Of a DNA stretch of 64,000 nucleotides, positions 59,477-64,000 are shown piece by piece. The DNA comes from Nitrosopumilus sp. (GTDB lineage Archaea; Thermoproteota; Nitrososphaeria; Nitrososphaerales; Nitrosopumilaceae). A program made the translations under genes and the position numbers. The notes below the pieces were generated by a model, which made no database searches, had not been told where the DNA came from, and saw only the letters and a program-made list of their open reading frames with translations. Location of the stretch: NCBI GenBank assembly GCA_963662625.1, contig OY759726.1:1120001-1184000 (forward strand), given 5' to 3'. Positions within the stretch are counted from its first letter, which is position 1. Each line of letters starts with the position of its first letter.

Positions 59477-60163
59477 ATGACGCGGGACGGCCTGGCATCT
59501 GAGCGGTGGGACGCGGAGTACCGGTCAGGCAGGTACGTCGGGGAGGGGCCGGTGGCGTTCGTCAGGGAGATAGCGGCCGCGCTTGACGGGCCGCGCCGCC
59601 GCGGCCGTGGGCTGTACGTAGGGTGCGGCAACGGCAGGAACTACGTCCCGCTGGCGCGCTCCGGCCTGGACCTGACCGCGATAGACGCGTCGGCGGAGGC
59701 CATCGCGCGGCTCTCCGCCCGGGAGCCGTCGCTTTCGGAAGGCCTCCTGTGCACCAGCCTGGGCGACTTTGAGCCAGGGCGGGCCTTCGACTACGTCATA
59801 GCCATCCAGGTGTTCCAGCACGGCACTGCGGCCGGGGTGTATGGGCACTTTGAGCGGGCCTCGGCCCTGCTGAGGCCAGGCGGGCTCCTGTTCCTCAGGG
59901 TGAACTCCCGCTCCACCGACGTCTGGCACCGGCACGATGTGGTCGAGGAGGACGCGCTTGGCGGGTTCACCGTCCGCTACGGAGAGGGCCCGAAAAAAGG
60001 ACTCTGCATACATTTTTTCTCCCGGGAGGGGCTGGAGGAACGCCTCCGGCGCGCGGGCCTGGCGCCCGTGTCGGGCCCGAGGGAGGTCACCGAGCCCCGC
60101 GCCCCCCCTAGATCCGGCTCGTGGTCCCAGTGGGAGGTCGTCGCGGAGAAACGCGGCCCGTGA
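59477..60163 (+). CDS. Class I SAM-dependent methyltransferase
   Basis: VGCGNGRN, AIDAS, FDYVIA, LRPGGLLF. Confidence 0.85.
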   Translation: MTRDGLASERWDAEYRSGRYVGEGPVAFVREIAAALDGPRRRGRGLYVGCGNGRNYVPLARSGLDLTAIDASAEAIARLSAREPSLSEGLLCTSLGDFEPGRAFDYVIAIQVFQHGTAAGVYGHFERASALLRPGGLLFLRVNSRSTDVWHRHDVVEEDALGGFTVRYGEGPKKGLCIHFFSREGLEERLRRAGLAPVSGPREVTEPRAPPRSGSWSQWEVVAEKRGP

Positions 60164-60184
60164 TCCGCCGCGGCCGGCTACTGG

Positions 60185-60263
60185 TGGTGCTCCTGTCGGG
60201 ATTTGAACCCGAGATCACTGCCTTGAAAGGGCAGTATGCTTGACCGGTCTACACCACAGGAGC
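60185..60263 (-). tRNA. tRNA-Glu(TTC), CCA encoded
   Basis: GCTCCTG/CAGGAGC acceptor, CTGCC-CTTTCAA-GGCAG anticodon arm. Confidence 0.93.
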
Positions 60264-60341
60264 CTGCTTGAACGATTCGCCTTGACCATAAAATCTTTTT
60301 GAACCGCAAAGATTTTTTTAACGGTCGCGTCAAACAATAAC

Positions 60342-60977
60342 ATGAGCAAACTAGTACAAAAGATAGACGAAATGATTGAGCAGCGCAGCCTGCTCGGGCA
60401 CCCGTTTTACGAGATGTGGTCCGACGGGAAGCTCGCGCAGGGGGCCCTGGCCGGGTACTCGAAGGAATACTTTCAGCTGGTAAAGGCCGTCCCGTCGTTC
60501 ATGAGCCCGATCATCGACAAGGCCCCGGGCGACGTCGTCGGCGAACTCGTCGAAAACCAGCGGGAGGAGTACGATCACATCGGATCCTGGGTGAAGTTCG
60601 CAGGTGAGCTGGGCGTGTCCGAGCAGGAACTGACAGAGTATCACGGGCTGGAGAAGACCAACCAGGCGGTATCTGCCCTGTCCGGGCTGATGGACACGTT
60701 CGAGGGCGGCGCGTGCGCGATGTACGCGTTTGAGAAGGAGATCCCGAAGGTCAGCCAGACAAAGCTCGACGGCCTGGCGGGGTTTTACGGCATCACGAGC
60801 GATGACGCTACCAGGTACTTCAGGCTCCACACCGAGGCGGACATCAGGCACGCGGCATCCTGGAGGAACATACTCGAGCGGTGCCCGGACGACTCGGACA
60901 ACCTGATCCGGGTGGCAGGCGAGTCCATCGGCGCGCAGCACGCGCTGCTTGACGGTTGCTACGAGGCATACTGCTAG
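60342..60977 (+). CDS. TenA/PqqC (CADD-like) heme-oxygenase-fold protein
   Basis: LLGHPFYEMW, ENQREEYDH, YAFE, YFRLHTEADIRH. Confidence 0.82.
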   Translation: MSKLVQKIDEMIEQRSLLGHPFYEMWSDGKLAQGALAGYSKEYFQLVKAVPSFMSPIIDKAPGDVVGELVENQREEYDHIGSWVKFAGELGVSEQELTEYHGLEKTNQAVSALSGLMDTFEGGACAMYAFEKEIPKVSQTKLDGLAGFYGITSDDATRYFRLHTEADIRHAASWRNILERCPDDSDNLIRVAGESIGAQHALLDGCYEAYC

Positions 60978-61102
60978 CCCCGGCAGCGCCCCGCGGGCAA
61001 AAGCCCCGGGAATCCGCGCGACGGGACGGCCCGCAGCCCGCGTGGGGACGCGCGGCAGCCGGCCTCGTAACATTTTATACCGAAGAAAAAACCCATCTGC
61101 TA

Positions 61103-61176
61103 GGGCCCGTAACTCAGCTTGGTAGAGTAACCGGCTCATAACCGGTGAGCCAAGGGATCGAAGCCCTTCGGGCCCA
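61103..61176 (+). tRNA. tRNA with CAT anticodon, most likely tRNA-Ile2 (agmatidine-modified) rather than Met
   Basis: GGGCCCG/CGGGCCC acceptor typical of archaeal Ile tRNAs; ACCGG-CTCATAA-CCGGT; lacks initiator A1:U72 and GGG/CCC stem. Confidence 0.8.
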
Positions 61177-61649
61177 TACCGTTTTCTTTATTTATTTGGT
61201 CCCGTGTTTTTACACCGCATGTGGCCAATCATGACTGCGGCTTGGAAAAGCCGGAGCGCCTCCGCCGTTTGACAGCCTCGTGGCCGGGATAAGGGACGGC
61301 GCCACCGCCACCTGGCAAACACACAGGGGGCAGATGGACGCGTCCCCCAATCCCGAGCACGGGCGGGATCCCCCGTAGCAGGAGAGGCGGCTGCTGCCAG
61401 AAGGAGATTTTGCCGCGGCCGCCAATGATTTCGCGGGCCTGGCGAAGACGGATCCGGCCCTGGGGGCAATGGTGCGCAAGAGGGGGGATGGCCTAGGCCA
61501 AAACGCGCGGCTGTTTGGGGCGTTGGCCAGGATCCGCCCGCCCGGCTTGATCTCGGGGGCTTTTGCGCGCTGCCGCGGGACCGTGGAACGCGCATCGGGG
61601 TCTTGCACGCGTGCGGCACGGGCCGGCAAAACGCGCTGCCGGGATCCGC

Positions 61650-62119
61650 CTACGTCGAGCCGGGACGGCGGTTCCCAATGTCCCTTCCCAGGCCTGAGAG
61701 GGCCCGCTGAAAAATAACGGCGTCCCCTTTAGTTTTCCTTACGTCCGGGGAGAGCCTCTCAAAATTCGCCCTGGCCAGGTCCGACGTCCTGGTTACCCTC
61801 GCGGCAGGCTCCTCGTCCCCCATGCTGTGCGCCACGCGTCATCGAGCAGGTTGTTGGCCTCGAAAATGGCCGCCGCCGCCGCGTGGCTTCCACAATCCCT
61901 TGCCACCAGCTCGTCGATCCCGCCGATCGTCTTCCCCATGGACATGAGCCTCTTGAACTTGACGCATTCCGCGTAGGCCCCCAAGCGCCACGAACGCGGC
62001 CAACCCGGAGTACGGCGCGGCCGTCTGCACGGCATCTGCCCGGATCCCCTCGCCGCATGCCGCGTGCGCGGCAAGCAGCACGGCCAGGGACGCCGCAAGC
62101 GTGATGCCGGTCGCCGCAA
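61650..62119 (-). pseudogene. Decayed gene of unknown function
   Basis: Protein-like fragments in different frames (AECVKFKRLMSMGKTIGGIDEL..IFEANNLLD; ARANFERLSPDVRKTKGDAVIF). Confidence 0.4.
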
Positions 62120-62365
62120 AGCGGCCGGGACTCCCTGCTACGCGATCCTTGGAACGCGCCCACACGCAAGCCGCACGGGCCCGCGCTAGAAACGCGTTTT
62201 GGATCGTGCCCGCGGAGCGGCGCCGCGCCGCGGGACGATCCCGGGCGATCGGCCGGGCCCCCGGTTCCCCCCGCGCGGAGGCCGGGCGCGCTCGATCGCA
62301 GCCGGCCGCCCGGCAGCGCCGCGCCATTAGATTGATTTAATTATTGAGATTTTTTTTGCCAAGTC

Positions 62366-63280
62366 ATGCTTACAATCATCGGCTCCGGAAAGGTGGGGGG
62401 AGACGCGGCGCTGTTCTCCGCCCTGAAGAGGCTGGACGACCAAATACTGCTGCTTGACGTCGTGGAGGGGCTGCCACAGGGGGAGGCGATGGACATAAAC
62501 CACATGCTGTCAGAGCAGGGGATCGACGTGGAGATCAGGGGCTCAAACGACTATGCCGACATGCGGGGATCAGACGCCGTCGTGGTGGTCGCCGGCTCGG
62601 GAAGGAAGCCGGGGATGACCAGGATGGACCTGCTGAAGATCAACGCCTCCATCGTGAAGAGCGTGGTGGAAAACGTCAAGAGGCACGCGGGCGACTCCAT
62701 GCTGATCCCGGTGACAAACCCGCTGGATCCGATGGCATACCTGTCATACAGGGTGTCGGGATTCGAAAGGAACCGCGTCTTCGGAATGGGCGGGATGCTG
62801 GATCTGTCCAGGTTCAGGCAATTCATCCACGAGGCGACGGGGCATTCGCGGGATTCCATAAGGGCCCTGGTGATCGGGGAGCACGGGGAGAACATGCTCC
62901 CGCTGCCCCGGTTCTCGTCCGTCTCCGGAATCCCACTGGCGTCGCTCCTTTCGGGCGAGAAGATGGACGAGCTGGTGCGGAGCACCAGGCAGGTCGCGGC
63001 CAAGGTCATCGAGCTGAAGGGCGCCACGGTCCACGCGCCGGGGAACGCGATCTCGGCAATCGTGGAGGCGGTAGTCAGGAACAGGAGGCAGGTGATCCCG
63101 GTATCCACCCCGCTGGACGGGGAGTACGGGCACTCGGACGTCGCAATCGGGGTCCCGGCCGTAATCGGGTGCAACGGAGTCGAGAAGATCGTGGAGCTTG
63201 ACCTCGACGCGGACGAGAGGCGGGTGTTCGACGACGGGGTCCGGAGCGTCAAGGAAGCGGCATCCGGGGCAGGAATCTAA
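62366..63280 (+). CDS. mdh: Malate dehydrogenase (LDH-like)
   Basis: [32 protein letters not shown]. Confidence 0.95.
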   Translation: MLTIIGSGKVGGDAALFSALKRLDDQILLLDVVEGLPQGEAMDINHMLSEQGIDVEIRGSNDYADMRGSDAVVVVAGSGRKPGMTRMDLLKINASIVKSVVENVKRHAGDSMLIPVTNPLDPMAYLSYRVSGFERNRVFGMGGMLDLSRFRQFIHEATGHSRDSIRALVIGEHGENMLPLPRFSSVSGIPLASLLSGEKMDELVRSTRQVAAKVIELKGATVHAPGNAISAIVEAVVRNRRQVIPVSTPLDGEYGHSDVAIGVPAVIGCNGVEKIVELDLDADERRVFDDGVRSVKEAASGAGI

Positions 63281-63307
63281 GCATTTTTTTATTCGGGCGG
63301 CCACCGG

Positions 63308-64000
63308 ATGCTGTTGGAGACGCGCGAGATCCTGGGGGCCCTGGAGGCGGGAAAGATTTCGGTCGGCCAGGCGCAGCGGCTTCTGTCGCTTTACTCGATT
63401 GAAAAGATAGAGGGGTTTGCCAAGATAGACGTCGACAGGGGAAGGAGGAGGGGGATGCCGGAGGTGGTCTTCGCCGAAAACAAGGAGCTTGCCGAGACGA
63501 AAAAGATCATCAGGCGGGTGCTTGAAAAGTCAAACTCGCTGGTGGTCTCGCGCCTCACGAAGGCCGACTACCCCAAGGTCGTCTCGTACGCCAGGGGGCT
63601 GAAGATCAAGGTCAGGACCGGGCGCAAGTCGTCGTCCGTCCTCCTGTACAGGAAGCCGATAAGGCCAGGGGGCGGCAAGGTCGGCATCCTGGCCGCGGGA
63701 ACGTCCGACATCGGGGTGGCAGAGGAGTCCAGGCTGGTCTGCGAGGCGATGCGCTGCCGGTGCATCACCGGCTTCGACGTGGGGGTCGCCGGGATCCAGC
63801 GGATCTTCCCGGCCCTGAGGGAGATGGTGGCCGGGGACGTCGACTGCATCGTCGTGGTGGCCGGCATGGAAGGGGCGCTGGCAACGTTGGTCGCCTCGAT
63901 GGTGGACATCCCGGTGATCGGCGTGCCCACGTCCGTGGGGTACGGGTACGGCGAGAAGGGGATCGCGTCGCTGGCGTCGATGCTGCAGAGCTGCACGCTC
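63308..64000 (+). CDS. larB: Nickel-pincer cofactor biosynthesis protein LarB (3' end outside window)
   Basis: AKIDVDR..R.GMPEVVFA, AAGTSDIGVAEE, DVGVAGIQR, VAGMEGAL, PTSVGYG. Confidence 0.88.
   Translation, partial: MLLETREILGALEAGKISVGQAQRLLSLYSIEKIEGFAKIDVDRGRRRGMPEVVFAENKELAETKKIIRRVLEKSNSLVVSRLTKADYPKVVSYARGLKIKVRTGRKSSSVLLYRKPIRPGGGKVGILAAGTSDIGVAEESRLVCEAMRCRCITGFDVGVAGIQRIFPALREMVAGDVDCIVVVAGMEGALATLVASMVDIPVIGVPTSVGYGYGEKGIASLASMLQSCTL

Noticed and set aside
60342-60977. PqqC-like gene as evidence of PQQ synthesis for the dehydrogenase at 6837
   Set aside because: No pqqA/B/D/E nearby; motifs fit the wider TenA/CADD family
63308-64000. larB with no larA in view
   Set aside because: Gene is cut by the window edge, and lar cofactor genes are often unlinked to larA in archaea

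Overview
High-GC (roughly 65% by eye) chromosomal segment of an ammonia-oxidising archaeon (Nitrosopumilaceae/Thaumarchaeota). The high GC, GC-rich spacers and decayed IS elements suggest a host-associated, e.g. sponge-symbiont, lineage (inference). Most of the window is core genome: Hel308, AglH-like transferase, ilvE, hisS, aIF6, tandem ferredoxins, pstS/phoU/pstCAB/phoU, aIF5B-ndk-L24e-S28e-L7Ae, glmM, sdhACDB, argH, a HemA-like gene, two ferredoxin-NADP reductases, RFC-L, the 3HP/4HB acetyl/propionyl-CoA carboxylase, an 11-subunit complex I (nuoABCDHIJKMLN), a polyprenyl synthase, mdh, larB and six tRNAs. Decayed accessory DNA lies next to tRNA-Ser (integrase/IS66/IS5 scraps), between argH and tRNA-Lys, and after the CAU tRNA. 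Best leads: (1) a secreted cupredoxin gene joined to an Ig/SdrD-B/SNase-like ORF by an in-phase G_GGA_AAT slippery site, a 7-nt spacer and an 8-bp stem, i.e. a candidate programmed -1 frameshift; (2) apparent window-wide enrichment of GATC/GGATCC; (3) a TCTATATAGT box shared by the pst/pho promoters; (4) a ~73-nt-period repeat/spacer array between pstS and phoU; (5) a HemA paralog lacking its catalytic Cys; (6) a stand-alone HEPN RNase beside tRNA genes. All calls come from reading the sequence and remembered family motifs; no searches were run.
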